In this document: in pieces, positions 36,453 to 49,800 of the stretch
Numbering within the stretch: position 1 is the first letter of the stretch
Layout of the letters: each line of letters begins with the position of its first letter
Notes under the pieces: generated by a model
What the model saw: the letters and a program-made list of their open reading frames with translations, nothing else
Database searches by the model: none
Told to the model about the DNA's origin: nothing
Translations under genes and position numbers: made by a program
From: Mytilus californianus
Lineage: Eukaryota
DNA length: 64,000 nt
NCBI RefSeq assembly: GCF_021869535.1
Contig: NW_026262690.1
Coordinates: 28,520,001 to 28,584,000, forward strand
Reading direction: 5' to 3'

Positions 36453-38203
36453 AGAACACACCCGCGACAACGCGGGTTCGTGACTGAAATAAAGGATGTA
36501 CGCCTTATTTTCAGTCTAGATTTTTAGTATTCGTATTGGCATTTAACAAAGTCATGCTGATTGTAAGGTGCACAGTTTTCTTTGCTTTCAAAATCTTTCT
36601 GTTTGAACCCATCCTGGATTTCTTACTACAACCGGAAACTACTTGTAGATATATTTTTTTGGTCAAAGTGTCAATCCCTGTATAATGACGAAGTTCAGGT
36701 GTGATTATGATCTAATCCCAAATACACCGTTTGGTGGTGCGCCTGACAGAGGCGGAACGTACAGATTATGTAACGGGTAACAGGTTCTATTGGGATTGGT
36801 ATCGGAATCGACCCGGAACTTGTTAATTATTGGCAATATTAATTATGTGGAAAACAAAAGGGCCTGGAATGGTGTAATTTTTAATCAACACCATTGTCCT
36901 ATATTAGTTATATATGTTGTGTACAAGTTATCATTTTGTACAAATTATAATGTGTACAAAAAAATTGTACACATTATAATTTGTATTTTGACTTTGTACA
37001 AATTGTAATTTGTACAAAAAGTGCTTGTACAAATTACAATATGTACAAAATTTGACTAAAATTCACTTATAACTTGTATAATAATTTATGATATGGATTT
37101 TGTTATAAAAAATGCATTGATACACACTAAAGAATTTTTAATCAATGACCACACAATAAACCTTATTTACAAAATACAAAAATAGTTCTTTATCATTTGT
37201 TTGAGCATGTGATTGAATTATGGAATCAGAAATGCACAACAATTTTGCTTTTTACATTTACATTTAGAAGTGATGCTCCCTCCTTTGCATTTACATGAAA
37301 GAAATCCCTGACCATCAGTTTTTGAAAGCTTTTTAACTGCTTCACGTAGCGAAAATTGAAGCTCAGGAGCTGTTGCTGCAAATAAAGATGTGTCTTCAAC
37401 AGCTTCAATTTCTTTTCTCGACAAATATCCTGTTAAAATTCCTATAGCTGTTCCAATGCGATCACATTCTACAGATTCAATAATTTCAACTAAGATATTT
37501 CGAGGATCAGCTGGGGAACGATTACACTGAGGAATTGGTATTATGACATTATCCCCCACAGCAAATTCTTATTATTTCCGTTTCGTATTCGGCTTGGATC
37601 TGTTGGCCAGACAGCGCATGAATCCTGGCATGTATGCTTGGTGTTTCAACGTCAGTGTCATCCTGATTGTCACTCGGGCCAATTTCTCTTATACTATCAG
37701 AATTATCACTGGGGCCAATTTCTATTATACTATCAGAATTTTCACTATGCCAATTTTTATTAGTCTGTCAGAATTGTCACAAGGGCCAATTTTGATTGTA
37801 CTATTAGAATAAACTGGCATACATGTAACAATTACATTTCCTGGCTCCATCTGGGTATTTTTGTATTTTGTAAATAAGGTTTATTGTGTGGTCATTGAAT
37901 AAAAATTCTATAGTGTGTATCAATGTTTTTATGACAAAATCCATAGTTTAAATTATTGTACAAGTTATAAGTGAATTTTAGTCAAATTTTGTACAAATTG
38001 TAATTTGTACAAGCACTTTTTGTAGAAATCACAATTTGTACAAAGTCAAATTATAATGTGTACAATTTTTTGGTTCAAATTATAATTTGTACAAAATGAT
38101 AACATGTATACAACATATATAAAGTTGAATTCTTTGATTAGTCGTTTTTAGGTCATGCCGGCTAACAAATTGGACCTCGTTATGGGAAAATATTTAATAT
38201 GGA
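36453..38203 (-). mobile_element. Non-autonomous Helitron (about 550 bp net) split by a Ginger-type insertion
   Basis: Canonical 3' end on the minus strand: hairpin ACCCGCG-acaa-CGCGGGT (36462-36479), then CTAG (36453-36456), then T. A candidate A|TC 5' end lies at 38204/38203. Confidence 0.62.
36915..38115 (-). mobile_element. Ginger-type (integrase-family, KRBA2/SCAND3-like) DNA transposon, internally deleted, with about 270-bp TIRs and TATA TSD
   Basis: TGT...ACA termini, TATA on both sides (36911-36914, 38116-38119), TIRs about 36915-37185 and 37855-38115. Internal ORF 37218-37559 reads GDNVIIPIP..DPRNI...SLREAVKKLSKTDGQGFLSCKCK...SKCKCKK, the Cys-rich C-terminus of KRBA2-like integrases. 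Confidence 0.85.
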
Positions 38204-39754
38204 TATTTTTTTCCTTTGTGCATCAACTTCTCAAAAATTCCTTTCATACAAGACAAAGTCGTTATACAAGCCATGTGTTTATACGCACAAAGGTAACAGG
38301 AATGAAAACGTAGTGAGACAAATATTTATTCTATACTCAGCGACTAAAATAACGCACCACCTCTTTCGATGCATAGTAGTAAGTTTCATAATTTCTTGTT
38401 TTTTATATCATTTGAAAAAAACTCTAATATATTTTAGGCATACCTTAAATATAAGCTACGATTTACAGAGAAACTTTCGTCTTAGTGCCAAAAATGTGGG
38501 TGTCATCCAAAAAAGTCACCAAATCAAAAGTCTGAGATGCATCAACTTTGAATTGACTTGATCATTAAAAAAACGGTTAAGAAAATTAATATCACAGTCG
38601 TATTCGTTGTTTACAAGTATAAAGATACATGCGACTTTAATTTCCACAAATATTGCGTCATTTTTGGGTTGAAAATGTAGATTTTTAGTTGTGTCAAAAA
38701 GGAAAATTAAAAAATTTCCATTTTCACAGAATTTGATTTTACAACTTCAGAAATTTTGTAAACATTTCGACTTTATATTTCTAACACTTTTTAAAAACAT
38801 TAGTTAGTATACTTTTGTAGTAGTCTATATACCTAATTAGGCATTCTATTTTCCAAACTAAGTTTCAAGAGTAAACTAAACTAAGAACCACATTGTTTTC
38901 TTTTCAAACGTTTGTAAACCATTTATAGTAACATATAATAGTTTCCTTTTTTAAACCGAAGAGGTAGGGCCCATTTCCCCTCAATTCATGTCGCACTTGG
39001 GCCATTTTCAAAAAGTCCTTGAATCTTACTTTACAATATCATAGATTCAATGTGTACTGTTACTACTGTAAGGTTTAAACAGCATTTTGACCGAACATTT
39101 GTCCATATTATAATTGCCTAATTGCCTAATTACCCAAAACTCAAATTTTGATCGATTTTAAAAGTATCTATCCCAAAAATCACTTGTATAATAGTCCCAG
39201 CAAAAATGTAGAAAAATGATAAAATTTGCAATATTGTCTTCAGAAGCAACATGTAACGCCGAATAACACTTTGATTTTATTTAGGTATGTAAAATTGTTT
39301 TAAAATTCATTTAGTATATCATATACATGATATAGACCGTTTAATATTATAATTCCACGGTATGTTTAAGCAACTTACTAATATTGATCCCTTGAGCGAA
39401 ACAAATACAGTGGAAATTGACCATACCTCTTTGCCATCTTAAAAGTTTTTTAATTGATATGTTTTGATCTTGCAGTCCTTTCTTTGGCGTTTGCTAAAGA
39501 AATCACCCACCATTGAGATACAATAAATAGATAGAAGAATTACAGAAAAGATAAACAAAACTAAGAAAAAGAAAAAATAATAACCGACAAACCTACGCAT
39601 CCTGTATAATTCATTTATTTTCGTAGCAGATTTTGTGGGCTTTCAATTTTTGATCCATTTTCCAAGATTAGTTTAGCTCCTCGTGAATTTTTATTTCTAA
39701 CCCACTGTGTTTTCTCGATTTATAAAATCCTATAAATCCTTCGATGAGTTAAAA

Positions 39755-40160
39755 AGACGTTCGGTGGGTTATAGAGATTTTCGGTGGGTTACAGAGACGT
39801 TCGATATAGAGACGTTTGGTGGGTTACAGAGACGTTCGATATACTAGGTTATCGAGACGTTCGGTGGGTTACAGAGACGTTCGATATGTTATAGAGACGT
39901 TCGATTGGTTATAGAGACGTTCGGTGGGTTACAGAGACTTTCGGTGGGTTACAGAGACGTTCAATGGGTTACAGAGACGTTCGGTGGGTTCCAGAGACGT
40001 TGTGAATGTTTTAAAGAAGTTCGATGGGTTATAGAGACGTTCAATGGGTAGCAGGGACGTTCAATGGGTTGCAGAGACGTTCGGTGGGTCACAGAGACGT
40101 TTGGTGGGTTACAGAGACGTTCGAAATGTTTTAAAGACGTTCGATGGGTTAAAGAGACGT
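39755..40160. repeat. 20-bp minisatellite (about 20 copies)
   Basis: GAGACGTTCGGTGGGTTACA repeated with variants. Confidence 0.92.
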
Positions 40161-41506
40161 GTTAATAAGTGCAAAAGTGACCAACTTACTTTGCAGTTTA
40201 GACAAAGAACTGCCAACTCACACTGTTGTGTGTAATGTGCTTCCAAATGCTCATGTTAAAACCATCTTTTAAGCGATTTACAAATCCCAAGTAATAATAA
40301 CAAAGCTTTCTTACCTCTTAAAGTAACATTTCAATTGTTTTTTTCCCTTCTATATGTATGTCGGAAGTACTGACCTCATTCCATGATACATGTGTGAATT
40401 TGTTTATATTTTTATCAGTCAGACTTAATGTGATAAGATAAGTATCCATATTTGCATTGAGCTATCGAACGATTGGTCATGTAATATATTAGCTTGCTTT
40501 ATCAGTCCTCAATCTAAATCCCCGGTAAGGCTTTAATCAGAATAATTCTTTCGAGGCGAAAAGAGCGCAAATAATCCTTTTACCAAACCATGTATGGCTA
40601 TCATCTAACAAGTAAATCTAATACAGATAGCTTTGAGTACAAGCAGAAAATAGTTTTATATGACAATAAACGGTCTCAGAGAGGCACAATTGTATAAAAC
40701 CTACAAACAAACATATGCATAAAATTAGCATGAATAAAAGCTTGTATTAAAAAACACAAATGTGGCTCACTGTGAAGAGTTTATCAATCTAACACCCCTA
40801 ACAATAATATTAGTTAAAGAAAATACACAAAAATTGAAAAATCCGTCCAGGAGTTTGGCATTGATAAACTTCAAATTTGCTTCTTTGATAGCTATTAATC
40901 ATGGAAATGAATCAGAAAATTCAAACAGCCATGTTACAGTAAATAAACTTTTGACACATAGATATGTCTTGCCTGAATATAATTTGATAGTAAAATGGAA
41001 ATGTTGAAATTAAAAACTCAATACTTTTTAACAAGTAAATTATGCAAAATACTCAAAGTCAATGAACAATAACTGAAGGAAAAGGGTCAATTGTTTTCGG
41101 AGATATAAGATATGCCAATGCGAAAACAACTGCATACGAAATATTATTGACTTATCATAAGTAGTTCCTCTTAAACTGACATAATCACAAACTGTAACAT
41201 GCAAAAGTTTCAAATTCAATAGACCATGACTGAGGGGGGCGGGCAAAATAATTTCCATGGAAATGAGATGTGTCAATGCTTATACAATTGCATACCAAAT
41301 ATCATTGACTTGTCATAAGTGGTTCCCCTTAAACTGACCCAATCACACACTTTAACATGTAAACTATGCAAAGGTTTCAAAATCAATTGACCACAAGTGA
41401 TAGCTTTTAAAAAAAGCTATGATGATGATATTTGAAAATGTTTTTGCATTGTAATTTAATTCATGCAGAATAGCTTTCATAGTATATAAATTGTATAGTG
41501 GTTTAA

Positions 41507-43200
41507 GCTAGGTTCACACTGCCGATCAGATCAACTCGATGATCCCGATTTCCTCAATTCTCACGACCAAGCGTAACCAAATTCTTGATCGGGCCTGTTT
41601 ACGACTTCTACCCGAACGCTATAACTCCGACTGAACACGACTATAACTCGACCATTCACGACTCCTTAGTGACTCCATCACGACTCCAACCCGACCACTA
41701 ATTGAAGACATATTCGATTATTTCGACCAATTCACGACCTCTACACGATCTTTACTCGACTAGCTAGACCAACTCAACTATACTCGATCTCAGCCCGATC
41801 TCGACCAGACCAGATCGACCTGATCGTAAAGGGGTCGTAGAGATAGTCGGGAATCGGTCGGGTATGTACAATTATCAATATAAAAACGTCTGAATTTTTT
41901 TATGCCCCGCCGCAGCAGAAGGGGCATTAAGTGTTTCCCTTGTCCGTACGTATGTACGTCCCAAGAATTAGTTTCCGTTCTCTAACTCTAGTTTGCCTCA
42001 ACCAAATATTATGAAACTTATACACAATGCTTATAACTATAAAACACAGATCAAGCTCGAATTTGGGTGGCGTCACTTTTACCGTTCTTGAGTAATGCCT
42101 CTTTATAACGTTATGTGTAAGCGGAGGCATTATCTGTGTCCGATGGACACATTTTCGATTAACTTGGTTATCAGTCAGTAGTTCACGGAAGGTAAAATCA
42201 TACATTTAAAATATCTACATGGAAAAAGAGCAGTTGCATTTGTGGGCAAGGTGGTTAGAGCTCCAGAGAGACAGGTTAATGGCTGTGACAAAGCTTGAAG
42301 GGAGCGTAGAAGACGAACAAGAGGGCGTAGACAGCAACGGGCGCATATGAACAGGCAATATGAAAGACAGTTGCAGGAACTCAACAGAGAGGAACCCAAT
42401 GGTTATAAAATCCTCCTCAGAGTGGACGCTGATATGTTATCGGAGTTTTTAAACCGTACTTCACACCAAATGAAATACATTAGTCATAACACCAATTTTA
42501 GATAAATAGACATGTTTATGCATGATTGAAAATTTCATCCGAATGAAAGCGAATTAAAATTATAATATCATTGCAGGAATGACATTTATAAATTTTCAAC
42601 TTTTATATATTTCAGAGAAGCTTTAGAGCCTGGAATGAAATTGGCTGTCACCCTTCGCTATCTCACAAATGGCGCTTTTTATGCAGAGCTCATGTATTCA
42701 TTTCGAGTGACTAAAAACACCATTAGCTTGTTCATTCCAAAAGTATTGGAAGCTGTAATATATAAGTACTTAGAAGAGGTGACGCCAGCCGTCGGGACAT
42801 CCGAACAGTGGCAATAGCTTGCCGATGACTTACAAGCCAAATGGAACTTTCCTCATGCATGTGGAGGAGCACTGGATGGCAAGCACGTGAGGATAAAGTG
42901 CACACAGGACTCTGGTACCCTGTACTGCAACTACAAAGGTTTTTTCTCAATCAAACTACTCGCCCTCGACGACGCAGACTACAATTTCGTATGGGTCAGT
43001 GTTGGTGCTAATGGAAGTGCGCCCGACTCTCAACTATTCAACTATTCTGAACTAAGGACTTTGATTGAGGAAAACACCCACTGCCCGGCGATAAGAAGTT
43101 CACACCACACCTTATGATTGAATATGATGCATTCCCATTGAGAACCTGGATAAAGCCATACTACTGACGTAACCTAACCGAGGTTCAGCAGGTTCAGTTG
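41507..43200 (+). mobile_element. Decayed PIF/Harbinger transposon with an intron-containing HARBI1-like DDE transposase pseudogene
   Basis: TAA|GCTAGGTTCACACTG terminus at 41507. Exon about 42290-42501 (..HNTNFR), intron 42502-42615, then EALEPGMKLAVTLRYLTNG..YSFRV..TIS, WNFPHACGALDGKHVRI, NYKGFFSIKLLAL.DADY.F, GANGSAPDSQLF and DAFPL. Stops and frameshifts are present. Confidence 0.9.
41895..42155 (+). mobile_element. Short HINE/Helentron-like element inserted in the Harbinger 5' region
   Basis: T-run, ATGCCCC...GGGGCAT palindrome, GTCCGTACGT microsatellite remnant, one core unit, and a 3' GGAGGCATT..TGTGTCCGATGGACACA hairpin. Confidence 0.6.
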
Positions 43201-45367
43201 AGAGACAAGAGAGTATGAAATAGTTCAGCCATTTTATTATACAGATACTTGTAGTTTCATCGTAAAACCGCTGATGTTATTAATTTAGGATGACATCTCT
43301 TTCTCATGTGTTATTAAATTGTCAAGATTAATTGTTTTGAAATAAAGGTAATTATGTTTTGTTTTGTTTAAAGTTGTACTTAAGTTTTAGTATATGTATT
43401 GCCTTTTTTCTGAGTTTCAAAAATAATTTAAACCCTTTGTATTTCTTATTTATAAAGTTTACTGCTCTTTTCTTGAAATAACACCAACAAATGAGAAGGG
43501 TTGAGATCTAAAAAAAAAATTAACGTTAGCATGACATAATAATGTTAATGTACTAGTCCCAGATCGTGATAGTTCCGATAAATTAACTCTAGGAAAAGGG
43601 TTTGTCAAGGCCAAAATATTACTTCATTTTGTATTAAATCCTGCATAAAAAATCAAATTAACGGTTGTTAAATCTGAAAACAATGAAACCTTCTTAAAAC
43701 AATTACTAGATTATATATCTTTTTTTGACGTCATGTACAATTAGCATCAATTTCAATTTTCCAGTAAACACAAAGAAAGCAGGCGAATTTCCATTGGTTT
43801 TTAGGGTTGGGAACATATAGCACACACGTCAACAAAAGGATTTTTTAACATTATAATTATAATACATGCTATGATAAATTAAATATCTGACTAAATATTT
43901 ATTTGATCGAATTCTGTGCTTTATGCCTTCTATACCTTTCGTTGAAATCCAGAAGATTTTGGAAAATTTCATCAAAATATGTGTGTGAGCGTATTTCGGG
44001 CATGGATTCCAACGTAAGTTTTTATCGTCTAAGAGTCGTTTTTTTTCTTTCTCCCTTTTGATTGTTTCTCGTCTTATTTTATTCACGTTTTGCTATCTTG
44101 GTTTGATAGCTAGACATCGGCTAGCCCAGCCCAAACCCTCCTCAGGTGATTGAGAAATTTACCCCTTTCCAGTGTTATTGCATTATAAAAACAAATGTTA
44201 AATTTCTATAGATAAATTGACCTTTACTCTAGTTTCGAATTGCCCCTACCAAACATTTATTCCGAAATCTGTGAATCGTTCAACTTCCAATACCGTCTCC
44301 GAGGACGCGGTAATGACTGCACGGTTTATATTCAGAACACTTGCTTTCCGATTCAATCGACCGTAAAGCTTGATTTTATACTTTTTTTTTACGAAGAAAA
44401 CGCAAGACTGTAAACGATTGAACACAAGAAAGCATTTCTTTTGTATGAAACTGTATACAACATTTTAAACTAAGCCAGTTAACAAATGATTTATTGACTT
44501 TCCTTTTATCCGTATCACCAAATTCATTCATCTAACTATAAACGTGCGTTAAAAAAATCATATGAATCGCCGTCTTTCAGATGATCAAGTTTCAGCATCG
44601 TTTAGAGGGAAAAGACTGCTTTTCGGTTTTCAGGGAACGACTTTTTTCAGCTTGAACAGTTTACTAATCATCGGACCACATGCAGATGATAAATATGTTT
44701 TTATTCTTGATGTTAATTAACATCCTACGCCACATCGGAGGTAACAGGTCAAATCGGCATTTGGCCGGACCGGCAACAGATCATATCGACAGAAATGAAC
44801 TCATGAAAAACAGCATACATTAAACTTGAGGCCCCTTGTTGTACAAATTAGCACATCTTTTTTTATCCACCACCTAACATTTGATAAAAAACAAAGTTTT
44901 ATATTTTTATATATTTGTCAGTTAGCACGAGTGGAAAATTTTCGCTGCATTTGGCAAGCTGACCTAAAATGAAATGTTCCGTATAGTGGGTATTATTTAA
45001 GTCTGGTACACTTTCAAACTGTACATATTGTAAAATTTTGCCTGTATTTTACAATCAAATACTAGTAGTCTTTTTAACAGACAAAATGGTATTCCATTTC
45101 CATTCGTAAACACTTCTTATTCTATTAAGTTATATTTCCTTACATTCTTTCTAAATACCCATAAACTGAATCGACTAACCTGCACAGCGACCACAGCGAC
45201 AAAGTAAAAATTTCAAAGATAAAACAAAGTGAAAAAAAGAGAAAGTGCGAAGGGGAAAGAGATATGTAGTCAAAGTTAGTTAGGAAAGGTGAGGGATGAA
45301 TGCTATCAATATTATATAACAATTCACAAGGAACAGATTCAGAGCAATTTAGTTTTGTATAAAGATA

Positions 45368-46500
45368 AGGAGTTGTAGTATGACTGCCAATGAGACAACT
45401 ATACACCAAAGTTCAAATGAAGTGGATGTAAGCAATTATAGGCAACCGTACGACCTTCAACAATGATGATGATGATGGATGACTGCTTAACGTCCAGCGG
45501 CAAATTAGTATGCATATTCAGGACGAGAACATATTAATGTAATATGAATATTCACCCTGCTTTGTACTAGACCGACACGCTAAGCCGGATCTTTAACGTG
45601 CTAGTTCACAGTCCGCAGGAAAACATGTCACCTTACCCGGACACATTATTCTGACTCCGAGCCAACCAGTCATTGTTCTTATTCTTCAATGTCGCGTGCT
45701 TAGTGGAAAAGCAGCAAATACCAATTTTAAAGTCTTTGGTTTGACCCGGCTGGGGTTCGAACCCACGACCTCCCGCACTCGAGGCGAACACGTTACCACG
45801 AGACCACCGATGCGGTTACCTTCAACAATGAGAAAACTCATACCGTATAGTCGGCTATAAAAGGCTCCGACATGAAAAGTATGAAACAATTCAATTGAGA
45901 AAACCAACGGCCTAATTTATAACAAAACAATTTACGAAAAACAAATATGACAGACATGAACCAACGACAACCACTGAACTACAGGTTCGATCCTGACTTG
46001 GGACAGGCACATACAGTATGTGGCAGGGTTAAACATGTTTGTGAGCGCTCAACCCTCCCCCAACATGGGACAGTGGTGTTACAGCACAACATAAGAACAC
46101 ATTATAAAAATCAGTTCGAAAGGGCTTAACTCATCAGATCGAAACAAAGCAGAAAAACATCTAACAAAAACACAGATCGGACATGGCAGGGCATTTATAT
46201 ATCCCTAACAACAAAAAAGACGCAAAGTACAGACCTAAGAGTACTCGCAGTTAGTTTAAGGCCAATAACAACTAATAAAAAAATCATGTTATTAAGACTA
46301 AAATATCAATCAGTACACATCCAACATCCAATGGATTTAGTGTAAATACGTCATTAACAGTCAGAGGAAAACATGACCGTGTGCAATGCCAAAATATAGG
46401 TATCGACAGTTTGTAGTACCGTGAAAGTGCATATGTGTATAACAATAATATTTCGTATGATTTTAATTTACTGATAACAAAATCAATATTTATACCAATA
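45368..46500 (-). repeat. Long family A repeat copy interrupted by a Meta-type SINE
   Basis: Collinear with the other family A copies on both sides of the SINE. Confidence 0.8.
45467..45817 (-). mobile_element. Full-length tRNA-derived SINE with a MetaSINE-like central domain and 14-bp TSD
   Basis: Reverse strand: AACCGCATCGGTGGTCTCGTGG (A-box), GGGTTCGAACCC (B-box), central GACTGGTTGGCTCGGAGTCAGAATAATGTGTCCG, and a (CAT)n tail. TSD ACCTTCAACAATGA at 45453-45466 and 45818-45831. Confidence 0.88.
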
Positions 46501-47305
46501 AAATCAATATTCAAAAATCTAATTACAGTGTTGAATTGGTAACCTTTTAGAATAAGTTTATTTAAAGGATTGAAAAGTTTACCCGAATCGTTTCTAAAAT
46601 TTAGGATGTACTATTCCGTTTGAAATAAGTTTTCTACAGGTACAGCCAAACTTGCAGACCAAATCTTTGTATATATTGAAGAATTTAGTAAAGGTTTTAA
46701 ATATTGTGGTTACGAAATCCCTGACTTAATACAGTGAAATCCAAAACGTCACTACATACACGGGCATTGCGAACGAGTTTGGATATTTAAACACCGTAAA
46801 ACGGTGCCAAAAATGAACAATAAGGAAGTAAAATAATCCCTTTTGTCGTAAATTTTGGTGTAGAGTTTCTGGTGTAACACTGAAATATCTAAATCTTAGA
46901 AATGACAATTATTTCTGTTAATATTTGATTTATTCAAAGGAAGTTCCTTCCGGTAAACGGCAGTATATTTAGAGAATTCTTAATTATTTAATAGAATTTA
47001 AGTCTTGTACTTAAATTCAGTTATCACGATGCGCTGTATATACGTTATGTTTGGTTATTAGTGAGTTTAAGTAGACCATAATCTCATTGGTGGTTAATGA
47101 ACCTTACAATCTGGCGTAACGAGCCTTTTTCAATTTGGATCCAAGGAAGGCAGAAGACAATTGAACTAAAATATAAAACCGAAAGAAATTGATAATTTTT
47201 TATATTGTCAGGGAGTATTTAGAATTATTTACACCTTTAAAGTCACATTTGGTGGTTTTACTAACGCAAGTAATGTTTCGTCAGAAAGGGACGTTAATTA
47301 TGTAA

Positions 47306-48350
47306 TTATTAGCTGACCTGGGCCAAGTGAGCTTTTCTCATCACTTGGCGTCCGTCGTCGGTCGTCGTTGTAACTTTTTACATTTTGAACTTCTTCTAGA
47401 GAACCACTAAATGGAATGAAACCAAACATGGCATGAATGTTCCTTATGAGGTGCTGACCAAGTGTTGTTACTTTGTAGCCGATCCATCATCCAAGATGGC
47501 CGCCAGCGGGGGACTTCGTTTAACATAGGACCCTATGAACAATACATACAAATGTCTTTTTTTAGAGAACCACTAAATGGAATGAAACCAAACATGCCAT
47601 GAATGTTCCTTGTGAGGTGCTGACCAAGTGTTGTTACTTTGAAGCCGATCCATCATCCAAGATGGCCGCTAGAGAGGGACTTAGTTTAACATAGGACCCT
47701 AAGGACAATACATACATATGTCTTCTTTAAGAGAACCACTGAATGGAATGAAATAAAACATGTCAGGAATGTTCCTTATGAGGTGCTGACCAAGTGTTGT
47801 TACTTTGTAGCCGACCCATCATCCAAGATGGCTCCCAGCGGGGGACTTTGTTTAACATAGGACCATATGGACAATACATTCAAATGTCTTCTTTCAGAGA
47901 ACCACTGAATGGAATGAAACCAAACATGGCTTTAATGTTCCTTATGAGGTGCTGACCAACTGTTGTTACTTTGAAGCCAATCCATCATCCAAGATGGCCG
48001 CCAGAGGGGGGACTTCGTTTTACAAAGGACCCTATGGACAATTCATACACATGTCTTCTTTAAGAGAACCACTGAATGGAATGAAACCAAACATGCCATG
48101 CATGTTCCTTATGAGGTGCTGACCAAGTTTTGTAACTTTGTAGCCGATCCATCATCCAAGATGGCCGCCAGCGGGGGACTTCGTTTAACATAGGACACTA
48201 TGGACAATACATACAAATGTCTTCTTTTAGAGAACCACTGAATTGAATGAAATTAAACATGACACGAATATTCCTTATTAGGTGCTGACCAAGTGTTGTA
48301 ACTTTGTAGGCGATCAATCATCCAAGATGGCTGCCAGCATGGACTTAGTT
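47306..48350 (+). mobile_element. HINE/Helentron-like element with an internal 166-bp tandem array (about 5.8 copies)
   Basis: 5' TTAGCTGACCTGGGCCAAGTGAGC, a (GTC)n microsatellite, and the unit marker GAACCACT at 47401, 47567, 47733, 47899, 48066 and 48232. Confidence 0.85.
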
Positions 48351-48589
48351 TGAAATTTGTCGACGTTTTAACCGGTTAATCAATCGAAAGATTATCTGAG
48401 TAACCGCTTAGACACAACTGTTCAATTTGACAACATTATCTTAGGTAAATACATTTGATACCGGTCTACTACTACATCGTTGAAATGCAGAGTCTAGTAT
48501 CCATCGCGCAGGTACTAAATCAGCCATTCAATATGGTAATTTACATGTGCATATTAGAATTATTTTCTTGCGAGACTACTCTATTAAGT

Positions 48590-49800
48590 AAGATGTGAGG
48601 CTATTCTTAAATGCCTCTGCATCATCTATATTTAATAGTTTTGTTGGTAAGCTGTTCCAGCCTTTGGTGATACGAGGAAAGAATCTGTATTTGTGAGTGT
48701 TGATTGATGTTAGAAGATTTCTGAATTTATATTGGTTGTTGTCCTATTTTGATGTTCTATATTATCTGGCATATTTATGGCTATTTTATGATGTTACAGT
48801 AGTGCTTTATGAAACAGGCAGAGCTTTTTTATTTTTCGTCTGGTTTCTAATTACGGTTATTTTAATTCCTAAAGAATGGTAATAACTGATCCAGGTTCTC
48901 TAATGTATTTATGTTTAATGAAACACGCTGATCTTCTTTGCACTATCTTTTTATGGGATTTCCCTGGTATGGATCACAAGCACTGCTGGCATACACTACA
49001 TTTGGTCTTGAAATAACTTTATATGTATTATTTTTTTTGTTTTTTTCTTCCAGGAATTTATTGATATTTCTTCTCTGGAACTATGTTATTGGTGTGTATA
49101 TCCAATGTCAGGTTGATGGTGAACGGAACTCATAAATGTGGATTTTGGTCTACCGGTATTTTCATTCTGTAAGGTTAAATAGTTAAAACATTTGATCTTA
49201 AATATATCTAAATTATGTTGTTTCCTTGAAACCATTTGACTAATTATTCCAGGGATTATTTAGTTAAATGTCTAAATAGACCAGGAATAATAAAGGTCCT
49301 ATGAAATTCAAAGTTACTCACAGTTATATAACAAGATTCAATGGTTCCTATTAACTTTTTGCATTTTGCGAACGAGTTAGGATGAACGATTTTACAGAAT
49401 AGAAGTAAAATAGCAGTAAGATTTCTATGGTCCAGTACCTTGTATAAAGACTTCATAATTTGTGACAGTTTTAATGGAAATTTAACATGATTGTACAATT
49501 TAGATTTTACGTAGTTCTGGAATTTCTCCGATTTAAACTTGTGTGAGGATTTTGGATTAGCTTCTCACCTTCTGTGCTAAATGATAATATCAGCAGTTTG
49601 CAATATAATCTTTGTTTGTGAGGACTTTTTCTTCGTGTTGATAGGTCAATTTCCTGCTGTTTTGTAGTGGAATTCACATCCTTCAAATGCCTCCATACGG
49701 CATCAAATTTTACAGTTTTTATCATATTTATGGCAGCCATAAAATATTTTGCTTTTGATGAACAAATTAATTTTTCCTATGTGTTGTTTAATTATCCTTT
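48590..49800 (-). mobile_element. Heavily decayed LINE reverse transcriptase and 3' end
   Basis: Reverse-strand remnants GPLLFLVYLDI, YKVISRPNVVYASSACDPYQG, VQRRSACF and KYRFFPRITKGWNSLP. Confidence 0.75.
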
